Assembly (NCBI RefSeq): GCF_009914755.1
Contig: NC_060928.1
Length of the DNA stretch: 64,000 bases
Origin: the human T2T-CHM13v2.0 reference genome, Homo sapiens
Reading direction: 5' to 3' (one strand)
Shown piece after piece: positions 1 to 12,849 of the stretch. The translations under genes and the position numbers were made by a program. The notes below the pieces were generated by a model that did not search any database, was not told where the DNA came from, and saw only the letters and a program-made list of their open reading frames with translations. How positions within the stretch are numbered: position 1 is the stretch's first letter; each line of letters opens with the position of its first letter.

Positions 1-663
1 ATTCTCTGAGGTCCTGAAGGGCACAGATAGACTTTACTCACTTTTGTACTCTCAAGGTAGAACACTTTTCCAGATAGGAGATCCTCAATAGCTTTGTAAA
101 ATAATAAATTATGAATTAATTTTTGGCTCTTAGATTACATTCTCTTGAACTTTGGTTAATTTATCAAGGAAATTTTGCAATGATTATCCTGTCCTATAAT
201 GCGCAAGTTAATTCTATTTTCATATTGATCTCTAGCCCCTCTGCATGCTCTCACCTCTCCCTCGCACTTCAATTTTGGTATTATTTACTCAATTTATAAG
301 ATCATTATTTATTCTATAAATCTGGTCCCAGATAAACATAGGCCACCTCCAATTAAACACCCCTTAATAGAATTAATACCTTATACTTTCATGGCATGAC
401 CAATATTTTTCAAAGCACTTTTACTAACACACTTTATTCTCACACTAACCCTATAAAATAAATGAGCAATATATTACTCTCCTTCAGTATTTAGAAGCTA
501 AAGTGAAATGTTCTCCATGAAGTAAGAAGCAGGGAGAAAAGAAAACTTGAGAAAAACCTTGGCAGTGCCCAAATAAGCCCTGAGGATGGAAGATGCACCA
601 TATGGCCTTTCTTGGCCATGATTCCCCAACATGAACTGGAGCTAAAGATCTGGCTCACTGCAC

Positions 664-978
664 TTTTTTTTTTTTTTTTTTTTTTGAGATGGAGTCTTGC
701 TCTGTCACCCAGGTTGGAGTGCAGTAGCGTGATCTCGGCTCACTGCAACCTCTGCCTCCCGGGGTCAAGCCAAGTCTCCTGCCTCAACCTCCTGAGCAGC
801 TGGGACTATAGGTGCGTGCCACGACGCCCGGCTAATTTTTTGTTGTTGTTTGTATTTTTAGTAGAGACGGGGTTTCACCGTGTTAGCCAGAATGGTCTCG
901 ATCTCATGACCTCGTGATCCGCCCGCCTCGGCCTCCCAAAGTGTTGGGATTACAGGCGTGAGCCACCACGCCTGGCCA
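664..978 (-). mobile_element. Alu (AluSc/Y-like) in QRFPR intron 1
   Basis: PolyT followed by full Alu reverse complement; flanking repeat CTCACTGCACTT at about 654 and 981. Confidence 0.95.
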
Positions 979-2405
979 GACTCACTGCACTTTCAAACTT
1001 CTCTAATCCCTAATATTTTACTGAAAAATTGCGACCAAGACATACTAAATTAACATGTATTACAGCCAAAATAGTAATCCAGTTCTTTTGATCCCCACCA
1101 TAAAATCCCACTTTGCATAATTATTTTCACCTTTACAAATGGAGCTATAATCATCCCCAGCACAAAGAAGCCTCATAAATCTGCTTTCACAAACATTTAG
1201 AAATGAAAACTCATGTGCTTTTCCCCAAAAACCAAGTTCCGTATGATGATCAAAAAATACCCCATTAATTTTATGGAGTTAGTTGCACTGAGCAACTTTA
1301 AAATGCCCAAATACAATTACTGCATCAGAGTGCATAAGAAAGTCTCTAATCCATAAATCAAGGTCTTACTTTCCACATTGTGTATTACTTTCAAGTCAAT
1401 GCTCTGTACTCAATGTTTAATGCTTTTTTGAAAATATTTACATTATAGATTGATAAGAATCAAGGACTTTAACATTCTGACTGACTAACAGCAAACTCAG
1501 TTTAAGCTAATGGGAAAAAAAGCAATGCTCACGATCTCAAATTGGTAATGGTAGGATGAAACACCCTCCATGAGTTTAAGAGAATTAGTAATGGGATAGA
1601 AATAGCAGAGATTGAAGGCATAATGATCTATTTCTCTTACATTTCTAACCATTTTGATGTGGCCACAAGAATACACCCAACCGTGAAAAAGGGGAGGCCC
1701 ATGGTGCACCTTAAGCACTGGTGAGAATACAACACACTACTGCTCCTGGGTTTACACCAGGGCATTCTCCAACTGTGTTCTTGGAAAAGCTGGATCATCT
1801 CGAGAAATATATCTTTTTTTCCAACCTCCACACACTGCTCCCAACTCAGTGACTCCACCTCTCCTCTGTCATTTTTTTTCCCCCATTATACGGAAGGAGG
1901 AGAATGTTATCTCTTCTTTTATAATAGGAGGGCATCAGTTTTCTGTGTTCCTTCTTCCTGCATGACACTTAATACAGTTTTTAAAAGGACTAGTTCAATA
2001 TATTTTTTCTGCACATGAATTATATTTGTTTTATGCTCATAGGTACAAGAAGCTGTCTGCAAGCAACTGGGAAGTGAGGCTGGAGGGTGGGGGAATGAGG
2101 AAATGAGATTTTTAACTTTGGTTTAATTATTTGAAATATTTTTATCTCACTTTTAGTAAGAAAACTAGGGGAGAAAAACCTGGTAATGACGGGAAAGGGA
2201 GCTGAAATAAGTGGCGAGGGGTGCGACTTCCTGCCTCACTGCTCGGGACCTTTCCGAAGCTTTTCCCCAACCTATGTCTCTAAGCCACAAGGAGGAAGCA
2301 CTGGAGGGGAATCAGAGGCGGCCAAAAGAACTTATGTCCAGGTGAACACAGGTGGCGAAGTTCTAAGAAAGAGCACCGGATTCATTTGACAGAGAAGTGT
2401 AAGGA

Positions 2406-2447
2406 AGAGACAGACGAGAGAGAGACAGACAGACGAGAGAGGAGAGA

Positions 2448-2502
<55 letters not shown>
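2406..2502. repeat. (GA)n microsatellite
   Basis: Long, nearly pure GA dinucleotide run. Confidence 0.97.
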
Positions 2503-2506
<4 letters not shown>

Positions 2507-2539
2507 CCTGAAAGGCAGAGGGTTAAGAGAGAAGGAGCG

Positions 2540-3460
2540 AAGGAGCGGGGCGCGACTCTTACCCCCCAGCCAGTTGTCGGAAATGTTCTGGAGCATGGTG
2601 ACGGGAATGCAGAAGAAGGTGATGAGCAGGTCACTGAGCGCCAAGGAGCAGATAAAGATGTTGGTGACGGTGCGCATGGCCTTGCTGCGGGTCACCACGT
2701 AGAACACCAGAGCATTGCCAACGAGCGCCAGGGCGAAGATGAGCACGCCGGTGAGCACGAGGGCCAGCTTGGCGCGTCCCGGCAGCTCTGGGGTGTAGAC
2801 GAGCGGTCGCAGCCGGTACAGAGCGATGAACTGCTCCCGCGTCAGGTTGTGGTCCCGCAGCAGCCGAGAGAACTGCTCCGGGGTAATGTTAAGCGCCTGC
2901 ATTGCTGTGCGCTCCCGGGACGCGGGGCCACCGCCCGCTACTGGCTGGCCATCCGCATCTGCGGGGCAGCGAGGGCTTCGGGGGACCAGCCGGAGGCCGC
3001 CTCCCTTCCTCTACTCTGGAGTCAGCCGCGCGGGAGGGCTCTAGGCTGCACCCCGGGAGGTTCGGGAAAGGAGAGCAGCTCAGGGATCAAACCCACGATA
3101 AAGAGGCGGGAAGCCAAAGCACTGGGAGACTCGATCTCAGTGACCAAAAAATGTTCGCGGTTCAAATAAAGTTCTTCCCTTGCTCTTCCCTAAGGCGAGG
3201 CGCCGCCACGGTCTGGGGTGCTGGAGCGCCACGCGAGGGTCCTGGCGCCTCTGGCTCCCCGCCTTCTGGCCATGCGATGCGGACGCCGGACCCGCTTGGG
3301 GAGCGGTGGAGGGTGGGGCTGAACTCGGTGACGCCTCCCTCACACCCAGCTTCAGTGGCGCCAACGCCGCTTCCCCGCACCCTCAGGGCGAGGGAAGACT
3401 TCCCTGGCTCACCAACTTGCTGCCGCCCAGCGCCTTTCTCAGGGCATGGCCCCAGTCAGG
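2540..3460. promoter_or_regulatory. CpG island / QRFPR promoter and 5' UTR
   Basis: Sharp rise in GC and CpG density over exon 1 and its upstream flank against an AT-rich background. Confidence 0.9.
2563..2902 (-). CDS. QRFPR: Pyroglutamylated RFamide peptide receptor (GPR103), coding exon 1 (N-terminus, TM1-TM2); the rest of the gene lies left of the window
   Basis: Translation MQALNITPEQFSRLLRDHNLTREQFIALYRLRPLVYTPELP...GNALV...TVTNIFICSLALSDLLITFFCIP...DNWLG is the recognisable QRFPR N-terminus, with class A GPCR GN and LAxSD motifs. It ends at the donor G|GTAAGA (2562-2561): 340 nt, phase 1. Confidence 0.97.
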
Positions 3461-5297
3461 TAATGCTTGTATGTGAAACTGGGTATTGGGGGGTTCCACA
3501 GTTTCAAGTTTCTCCTCTTGCGAAATAATGGGAGCCACAACTACCCAAGGCAAATAGGGCTTATTTTAAATTATTTTCTGTATTGAAAAATAATTAAGAT
3601 AGTTAAAATATAGAACTTGGGAAATGGCAAAGATAATACAGAAAGATCCTGCGTACCCACCCTTCACCCAGTTTCTTTCATTCATTACATCTTATTTAAC
3701 TACGGAACAATACAAAACCAGGAATTTGACACAGGTACAGTGTTTGCATGTTTTTATCTCAAGTGTAGATTCCCGTAACCGTCAGGATACAAACTCTTCT
3801 ATCACCACAAAAATCTCCCTGGTGCTTTTTATACTCACACCTAGCCCCTCCCTCCACCATCTCTAACTCCTGGCAACCACTAATATGTTCTCTCTTAACT
3901 TTTGTCAGAACATTACGTAAGGGAAATCATACAATATGCTGCCTTTTGATATTGAATTTTCTTCGCTCAGCCTAATGCCCTTTAAATCCATCCAAGTTGT
4001 TGCATGTATTAATGGCTGTTTCTTTTTATTGCTGAGGCTGTATCACCGTTTATTTAACCATCCACCTCTTGTAGAACATTTTGGTTGATTACCATTTTGA
4101 GCTATTAAAAATAAAGCTGCTATAAAGAATCATGTACAGGTTTTTGTGTGAACATAGTTTTCCTTTCTATAGGAAATGCCAAAAGTTTTGATTATTGAAT
4201 CTGTAATGTGTATATTTAATTTTTAAAGAGATTGACTACTTTTCAGAGTGGCTGTACAAGTCTCCATCTCTACCATCAATGCATGAGAAGTTACGTTTCT
4301 CCACATCCTTGCCAGCATTTGGTTTTGCTGCTTTTTTTTTTAAGCTATTCTAATAGATCTGTAGTGATATCTCTTTAGGGCCTTAATTTACATTTACCTA
4401 ATGGCAAGTAATATTGAACATCTCATGTGCTTATTTGCCGTCCTTGAATCTTCTTTGGTGAAATGTCTTTCCATGTGTTTTGTCCGTTTCTAATTGCATG
4501 GTTTAGTTTATTTGCTGTTGAAAGTTCTTTTTATATTCTACATACAAGTCCTTTGTTAGTAAACGGTTTGCAAATATTTTCTTCCAGTCTGTAGCTTGTT
4601 ATTTATCTTCTTAACAGGGACTTTCACAGAACAGCTTTTAGTTTTAGTGAAGTCATATTTATCAATATTTTCTTTTATAGATAGCTTTTAGTGTTCAGTC
4701 TAACTTCACCAAAGCCTATTTCTCAAAAACTTTCTCTTAGGTATTTTTCTAAAAGTGTTATAGTTTTACATTTTATGTTTTGGGCTCTCTATTCTGTTGA
4801 ATTGATCTATGTATCTATCCTCCACATTCTTGACTACTGTAGCTATATAATAAGTTTTGAAATCAGGTAGCATGATTTCTCATACTTCATTCTTATTTTT
4901 CAAAATTATTGTAACTATTCTAGGACCTGTGCCTATTCATATACATTTTACAATCAACTTGTCTATGTCTACAAAAAACCTTGCTGGGATTTTGATAGAA
5001 ATTGACATATTTACTAGGTTGAGTTTTTCAATCCATGAGCAGAATGTCTTTCCATAAATTTACATCTTTGATTTATTTCAAAGGCATTTTACAGTTTTCA
5101 GCATGTAAGTCCTGTACATATTTTTAGATTTGCACCTAAGTATTTCATTTTGGGCGGACATTTGTACACGGTACTGTACTGAATTTCTAATTTTTGGTTC
5201 CATGTGTTCATTACTAGTATGCAGAAATCCAATTTATTTCGTATGTTGATCTTGATTCCTCCAATGTTGATGAATTCACTTAATTTTATTAGGAGGT

Positions 5298-5661
5298 TGA
5301 TATGATTTGGCTCTGTGTCCCCACCCAAATCTCATCTTGTAGCTCCCATAATTCCCATGTGTTGTGGGAGGGACCAGTGGGAGATGATTGAATCATGGGG
5401 GTGGGTCTTTCCACGATGTTCTCATGATAGTGAATGGGTCTCATGAGATCTGATGGTTTTAAAAACAGCAGTTTCTCTGCACAAGTTCTCTCTTTGCCTG
5501 CTGCCATCTATGTAAGATGTGACCTATTCCTCCTTGCCTTCCACCTTGATTGTGAGGTCTTCCCAGCCATGTGGGACTGTAAATCCAGTAAACCTCTTTC
5601 TTTTGTAAATTGCCCAGTCTTGGGTATGTCTTTATCAGCAGTGTGAAAATGGACTAATACA
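5298..5661 (+). mobile_element. THE1 (MaLR) solo LTR nested in L1M
   Basis: TGATATGATTTGGCTCTGTGTCCCCACCCAAATCTC...GGACTAATACA; TSD GAGGT/GAGGG. Confidence 0.92.
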
Positions 5662-6380
5662 GAGGGTTTTTTGGTAGATTTCTTGCATAGACAATCACAT
5701 TATCTGAGAAGAAAGACAGTTTTATTTCTTCCTTTCTGATTTGTATGCTCTTTATTTCTGGTTTTAGCTGTTGTTTGTTTGGTTGTTGTTTTTGTTTTCT
5801 TTTGTTTTTTTTTTTTTTTATTTTTTGCCTAACTGCAATGGTTGGAGTACACAGTTTACTATGTTAAATGGCAATGGAGAATGGAGATCATCCTTGTCTT
5901 GTCCTCAATCTTATAAGGATGTATTCAGCCTTCTTTCACCATTAAGTATGATGTTAGTTGCAGATGTTCTTTATCAACTTGAGAAGGTTACTGTCTATTC
6001 TCAACTTCTTGAGAGATTCTATCAATGGTGTTAAATTTTGTTAAATGATTTTTCTGCATCAATTAATACTATCAATGTGATTTTTTTCTTCAGCCTGTTA
6101 AAATGGTGAATTGCATTGATTGACTTTTGAATATTGAATCAGCTTTGAATATTTGAAATAAACCCCATCTTAGTCGTGGTGTGTAATTCTTTATATATAT
6201 TGTTAAATTCTATTAGTTAGGATTTTAAAGAATTTTATGTATATCTTCATGAGGGCTATTGGTCTGTAACTTTTTTTTCTTTTTGTATTTTTTATCCTGG
6301 TTTTGGCAGTCAGGTAATAATAGCATCATAGAATGAATTGAGAAGCATTCTCTCCTTTTCTATTTTCTGGAAAAGACTGT

Positions 6381-6448
6381 GTAGAAATGGTATTAATTCT
6401 TCTTTAAATGTTTGGTAGAAATGGTATTAATTCTTCTTTAAATGTTTG
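6381..6448. repeat. Perfect 34-bp tandem duplication
   Basis: GTAGAAATGGTATTAATTCTTCTTTAAATGTTTG occurs twice in tandem. Confidence 0.95.
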
Positions 6449-8317
6449 GTAGTATTCTCTAATGAAGCCATGTGGGCATGAAGAGTTCCTTTACAGGTGT
6501 TCCTAAATGATGGATTTAATTTTGTTAATAGTATAGTGATATTCAAATTATCTATTCCATATTGGGTGAGTTTTTTTAAGAATTGATAAATTTCTTTTGA
6601 ATTTATGTGTGTAGAGTTGTTAATAGTATTCTCTTAATATCCTTTGTATGGCTGAAGAGTATCCCCTGTCTCATTCCTGATTTTATAATTTTTGCCTTCT
6701 CTCTCTCTTTTGTCAATCTAGTTAGAGGTTTGGCTATTTTATTGCTAGTTACAAAGAAACAATTCTTAGCTAACAACTTCTCTATTATTTTCTCTATTAT
6801 TTTCTCTTGAATTTTATTGACATCTGCTCTTATCCTTATTATTTTCTTCCTTCTACCTGCTTTCAGTTTATTTTGCTACTCTTTTTCTAGTTTCTTGAGG
6901 TGGAAACTTTAATTATTGACTTGGAACTTTTTCTCTTTCCTAATGTAAGCATTTAGTGCCATAAATTTCCCTCTCAGCACTGGCTTAACTGTGTCCCACA
7001 TGTTTTATGTGTTATATTTACATTTTCATTCAGTTCAATGTACTCTTTAATTTCCTTTTAAATGTCTTTTTTGACCCACGGATTATTTAGAAATGTCTTA
7101 TTTAGTTTCCAAGTGTTTGAACATTTTTCTGCTATTTTTCTGTTTTCTAGTTTGACTCCCTTTTGGTCAAAGAGCATTCTCTGTATAATTGCATTCTTTT
7201 AAATTTGTTGAGGTTTGTTTTATTGCTAAGGATATTATATATTTTGGTATATGCTCCAAGGGCATTTGAAAAGGATGTGTTCATATTGTAACTGTTGAAG
7301 GAAACCTAAGGGAAGATGTCCAATCATAACCCATTGTAGGAGCAATGGTTCACAAATGAGTCCAATTCTCTGGACTAGGGGCTGAAAGTTTGGGTCATAG
7401 AGGATGGCTCTCGAATTACATAGGAACCACATAGATGGAAGACATGCCCTGCCTCTCCCTGGTCCACAGTGTTGGGATCAAAGAAGGTCAGCAGCATAGC
7501 TGCAGGCTGATTCCAGCCCCATGTGACCCAGAGAAGAAATCTCAGGGCTTTCTTAAGGCCAGAGCAGGTCTGGTATGACTATATTTAATTCCTTGTGCTT
7601 TATGTGGACATACATTATTGCAGACAGCAATAGTGCTCATCTTTCCCGGTTCTACTCAGCACTCTTCAAAACAAGTAAAGGAGTATAGGGGAACAGGGAA
7701 GTGTGAAAAGCAAAGATCAACTCTCATAGTGGCTCCCTAGGATATTTGAAAAGCCTATGAATCCAGATTATGAGAATTATTCTTTGAAATAATGCATGAT
7801 TGAAGTTAGAGTTTGATTGGAGCTAAGTGTACAAAAAAGTGACATTCGCCTCTAAAGTTTTAAACTCTTTTGGGTCTTCCTCCCTCTATTGATATTGCAC
7901 TAGTCTTCGTTTTCACGACTTCTCTACACCTCTTCAACCCTCATCTCTTCAACCTCCCAACCCACTTTATCTCAACCACTCACATCTCACTCACCCAGTT
8001 CGCTACCTGGTGAAAATACCCCTACTAAGGTAGCCCAAGGCTAATCTCACAAGACACTGCCAGTACTCCTGACCTTTCCTTCTCCCCCTAGAAACTCTTC
8101 ATGACCATTTCCTGAAATACCTGCTTATTGTTTGAAAACTAGATAAGTACATGAATATTTATGCCTCTATTCAATAACGTTTTTGGATGTCTGCTGCATG
8201 CCAGGCACTGTGTTCATCATTAAGAGTAGTATGGTGAAGAAACAGACCCAGTCTTAAGGGGTAACTCCCACAAGGGCATGCAACACAGCTCAGCCTTTGG
8301 GGAGCTCATTATCAGTT

Positions 8318-8654
8318 CAGGGTCAACAAACTACAGCCTGGGCCAAACATGGTTCACTATCTGTTTTTGTATAGCTCATGGGCAAGGAATAGTTTTCACA
8401 TTTTCAAATCATTTTTAAAAAGCATAAAGAGAATATATTTCATGGCACATAAAATTGTATGAAATTCAACTTTCAGTGCCTGTAAAAATAAAAACATTTT
8501 ACTGGAACATATCATGCCCATTCATCTACATATCATCCTTGGCTGCTTTCACACTACTATGGCACAGTTGCATATTTGTGATAGAGACTGTATGGTTTTC
8601 AAAGCAGAAAATATTTACTCTGTGACCCTTTGCAGAAGCAGTTTGCCAGCCCCA
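8318..8654. mobile_element. MER58-like hAT DNA transposon
   Basis: Termini CAGGGTCAACAAACTACAGCC ... GCAGTTTGCCAGCCCC; about 340 bp. Confidence 0.75.
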
Positions 8655-8999
8655 TCTTGTTAGAGGGGCAAGAGGGACAGAAATATTCATAGCTCAAAAT
8701 AAGGTGACAAGTGCCACATCCACACACAGAAAGAACATGTTCTGGAAATTCAAGCAAAGGCAAATCCATACATGCTGTGTGGGGAATGTGGAGTGTAAAT
8801 CAAGGCTAAAAGGAAGGATAAATTGAAAAAGAGAAAGGTCACAGAGTGAGTAGCCTCTCCAAAGGCACAGAAGTAGGAATGATTATGTTAGAGAGAGGGA
8901 TAAAGCGAGCCAGAAAGGCAGGATTGGCTTCTGATGCTTATTGGCAATTCTCATGATTAGAAAACAACAGTGACAGAGGGTCCATTTTCCAAAATAAAC

Positions 9000-9650
9000 A
9001 AGCTAACAGGGTGAAGAAGAATCGCCAAAGAGCTTTCTACCCTCAAAGATAGGAACATGGAAGAAAGTATCTGGATAAATACAAAAGGAGAGGCAACTAG
9101 TAATTTTATGAGACTGTCTGCACTTTATCTTGTCAGTGAAATGTTGCAATAATCAAACCTTCCTTAGAAAAGATTACCAAATTGTCAGAGATGGGGAGTT
9201 CACTAGATGTTTGCTAAAGGTATAAGTAGTCTAAAGGCATAGCATGTGGTGTTTTCCTCACTTTCCTGAGAATTTTGTCTTTCAGAAGGAAAAAGTTTCT
9301 GGGAGACTTGGTTTTCTGTTCTTAATTCTGCCCAATGAGGAAAGAGTTGATACTAAGGTGGAAGTGACAGAAGCTTGAGAAGCTGCCAACTCTGAGGGAG
9401 ATGAGGTAGAACATACTACATATTGTCAGATAGGGATTCTAAGCTTCAAGAAACCAAGTTAATGATATTTAGAAAAGATTGTATGATCTCTTGGCTATAG
9501 TTTCTAAAATGTAAGCTGAATAAAGAGGACTGAGGAGCTTTAAAATTTCTGACACCATAGTAGCAGAGTATCTCAATGAGAAATTTTAAAAAGCAGGGGT
9601 AGTAGCCACAGTATGCTACAAGTTTGCATGGAATCAATATTCTGGACTCT
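9000..9650 (+). mobile_element. CR1/L3 LINE fragment (endonuclease region)
   Basis: Degenerate motifs ESIWINTKGE, NFVFQK and LILPNEE...KVEVTE resemble the CR1 ORF2 endonuclease. Confidence 0.55.
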
Positions 9651-9919
9651 GCTACAGAGCAGGAATTTTATAAATTATATGAGGGATGTGTGTGTGTGTA
9701 TACATGTATATATATATGTTTATTTATGTATACGAACAGATACAAAAATATCTAAAAAGAGTAATTTCAGGAAGCCCAGAATAAATTGATTTTTTGTGAA
9801 AAGTGCTTTCAGCAAAAGAGAGAGAATGAGAGAGATTATGTAATTGTATATATTGGGTATTTTTATCCATGTTAATTACCATAATAAAAGACTGGAGGTA
9901 ACTTATGTTTAAAAAATAA

Positions 9920-11850
9920 TTGCACCTAAAGATTGCACAAAAAACTGCTATGACTCGTAAGCAATTCTAGCAAAGTTACAGGATACAAAATCAACACACA
10001 AAAATAAGTTGCATTTCTATACACTGACAAGAACAACATGAAAAGGAAATTAAGAAAACAATTTCATTTGCAATAGTATCAGAAACAATAAAATACTTAG
10101 GAATATACTTTACCAAAGAGGAAAAAAGCTTGTACACTGGAAACTACAAAATGTTGCTGAAAGAAATTTAAAAATACACAAATAAATGGGAAGACATTCA
10201 GTGTTCATAGATTGGAAAACATAATGTTGCTAAGATGTCAATACTACCCAAAGTAATGTACACATTTCATATAATCCCTATCAAAATCCCAATTATATTT
10301 TTTGCAGAAATAGAATAACCTATGCTAAAATTTGTATGGAATCTCAAGGGACCCTGAATGACCAAAACAATTTTTTTTCTTTGCTTGGGTGAAAAGATAT
10401 CCAAAACAATCTCGAAAAAGAATTAACATTGGAGATCTCACATTTCCCAGTTTTAAAACTTATAACGGATCTATAATAATCAAACAGTATGGTGCTGCCA
10501 TAAAGATAGACAGATAGATCAATAGAATCAAATGGAGAGCCCAGAAATAAACTCTCACATACATGGCCAAATGATTTCTGGCAAGGGTACCAAGACCACT
10601 TAATGGGGAAAGGACAGTCTTTCAACAAATGGTGCTGGGAAAACTGGGTATTAGTATGCAAAATAATGAATTTGAACCTTTACCCTACACATACAAAAAT
10701 TAACTCAAAATTAATCAAAGACATAAACATAAGAGCTAAAACTATAAGACTCTTGAAAGAAAACAGTGGAAAACCGTCATGACATTGGATATGACAATAC
10801 TTTCTTGGATATGACACTAAAAGTACAGGCAGCAAAAGTAAAAATAGATAATCTGGATCACATCCAAATTTAAAACTTCTATGCCTCAAAGAACACAAGC
10901 AACAGAGTGAAAAGGAAATCTATGGAATGGAAAAAATTTTGCAAATCACATATCTAATAAGGCGTTAATATACAGAATATAAAAATAACTCCTACAATTT
11001 AACAACGGCAACAACAATCCCCTTAAAAGATAGGCAAAGGACTTGAATAGACATTTCTCCAAAAAATATATACAAGTGGGCAACAAGCATGCAAAAAGAG
11101 GCCATTATTCATTATTAAGGAAATGCAAATCAAAACCAGAATGAGATGTCACCTCATACCTGTTAAGATGGGTATTGTCAAAAAGACAAAAGATAGCAAG
11201 TGTTGGCAAGGGTGTGAAGAAAAGGGAACCACTGAACACTGCTGGTTGGAATGTAAATTGATAGCACCATTATAGAAAATAGTATGGTGGTTCCTCAATA
11301 AAATAGAAATAGAATTATCATACGATTCAGCGATTCTACTTCTGGGTACTCAGAGTAATTGAAAACAGCGTCTAGATGAGACATTTTTACACCCATGTTT
11401 ATGGCTACATTATTCACAACAGGCAAAAGGTGGAAGCAACCCAAGTGTCTATTGACAGATAACGGATAAACAAAATGTGGTATACACATACCATGAAATA
11501 ATATTCAGCCTTTAAAAGGAAGGAGAGTTTGACATATGCTATAATACGGATGAACCTTGAGGGCATTATGCTAAGTGAAATAAGCCAGTCACAGAAGGAC
11601 AAATACTCTAAGTTCCACTTATATGAGGTATCTAGTTTGGTCAAAATCATAGGGAATGGTGGTTCCTAAAGCCTGGGAAGAGAGTGGAATGGAGAGTTGT
11701 TGTTTAAGGGGTATAAAGTTTTGATTTTGCAAGATGAAAAGGGTTTTGGAGATTGGCTGCACAACAATGTACAGTACTTAAATGGTTAAGATGGTAAATG
11801 TACAGTATAACCTGTTTATGTTATGTGCATTTTACCACAATTTTTAAAAG
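9920..11850 (+). mobile_element. L1MB-like 3' ORF2 and 3' UTR
   Basis: A-rich L1 sequence (caggatacaaaatcaac, ttcaacaaatggtgctggg) ending in tttaccacaatttt. Confidence 0.88.
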
Positions 11851-11894
11851 GAAAAATGCAAAAATAATATCTTTTAAACAATACTTGGTCTGCA

Positions 11895-12065
11895 TTGTTT
11901 CATTTAATTTTCATAACAATCATATGAGTTAGGTGCTTTTATTAGCCTCTTTGTACAGATGAAAAAGTGAGGCATAGATAATATAATGAAACTTGCTCAA
12001 GGTCACACAGCTAAAAACTGGTAGTTTGTTTCTCAAAATTCCAGGCAGTCATACTCTCAACCCTA
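11895..12065. mobile_element. MIR
   Basis: MIR core acagatgaaaaagtgaggca...cttgctcaaggtcacacagct. Confidence 0.75.
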
Positions 12066-12849
12066 TACTGTCTTTACTACCAGTGAGGAAAGTATAAACC
12101 ATGAGGACAGAACAAAAAGAAGGAGAGGGAGAAGGAGACATGAGGTTGGTAATGATAAAAGCTAGGCAGATAATTGTATCAGCAAACCTAGATTATGGGA
12201 CACTAAACTAACGGATTAGAAGACTTAGCTGTCAGCTTCTGACAGCTATGGAGTCAGGGCCAAAAGAGACGTATAAGGGAGAGTTGAAATCCTCATAACC
12301 TAAAAAAAAAGGAAGCACACTGTCAAAAGGGAACAACTTTCTTCGGATTTTGACCTCTGAGAAAAATTTACCACAATAGTCTTCATATAAGAAACACTGA
12401 AATACATATTGGATGGTGTCTTTAATAACCATGGGCTTTCTGTAAACTTGATGACAAGCAAAGTATAATTGCTAATAGCCATTCCTAATAGCAAACTTGA
12501 TGCAAGCTGAAGGCATAATTCAAGTCATAGTTTATAAAGTGATTTCTACAAAGAGCCAGAATAAGATAATGCAGGTACAGTATCTTGCTTTCTAGTGATC
12601 TGACCTGAGCAGAGGAAACTTAGCAAATGATAACCCTTCATATTTCATAAACTACTAGCCAGACTTTGGACAGGAGCCATATGGCAAATGGCTCTAAATT
12701 GAGATAAATGGGGTAATCACTATTGTTGATTAAAAAGAGATCCATGTGCTCTGTACATGACGTGTCTGCCAGTGAGTGAATTCATTATGAAAGCTAAGGG
12801 GCTCAGCTGTGTTGTTTCACTGTTCAAGTGAATCCCAACAATTCTGCAT

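Larger units (their letters stand above)
3560..7295 (-). mobile_element. Old L1M (L1MB/MC-like) 3' UTR plus ORF2 fragments
   Basis: T-rich antisense L1 motifs (tccatccaagttgttgcatg, tttgcaaatattttc, ataaatttccctctcagcact). Confidence 0.8.

Noticed and set aside
612-917. Alu-derived ORFs (also 21440, 44574, 52151, 59921)
   Set aside because: Typical translated Alu sequence (LECSG..SAHCNL).
2363-2562. C-terminal extension of the 179-aa ORF (KSRAP...SLSLSL)
   Set aside because: Read-through past the splice donor into intron 1 and the GA repeat.
2902-3276. 5' part of the 208-aa + strand ORF and other overlapping CpG-island ORFs
   Set aside because: Non-ATG start, low-complexity GC-rich stop depletion, antisense to the QRFPR leader.
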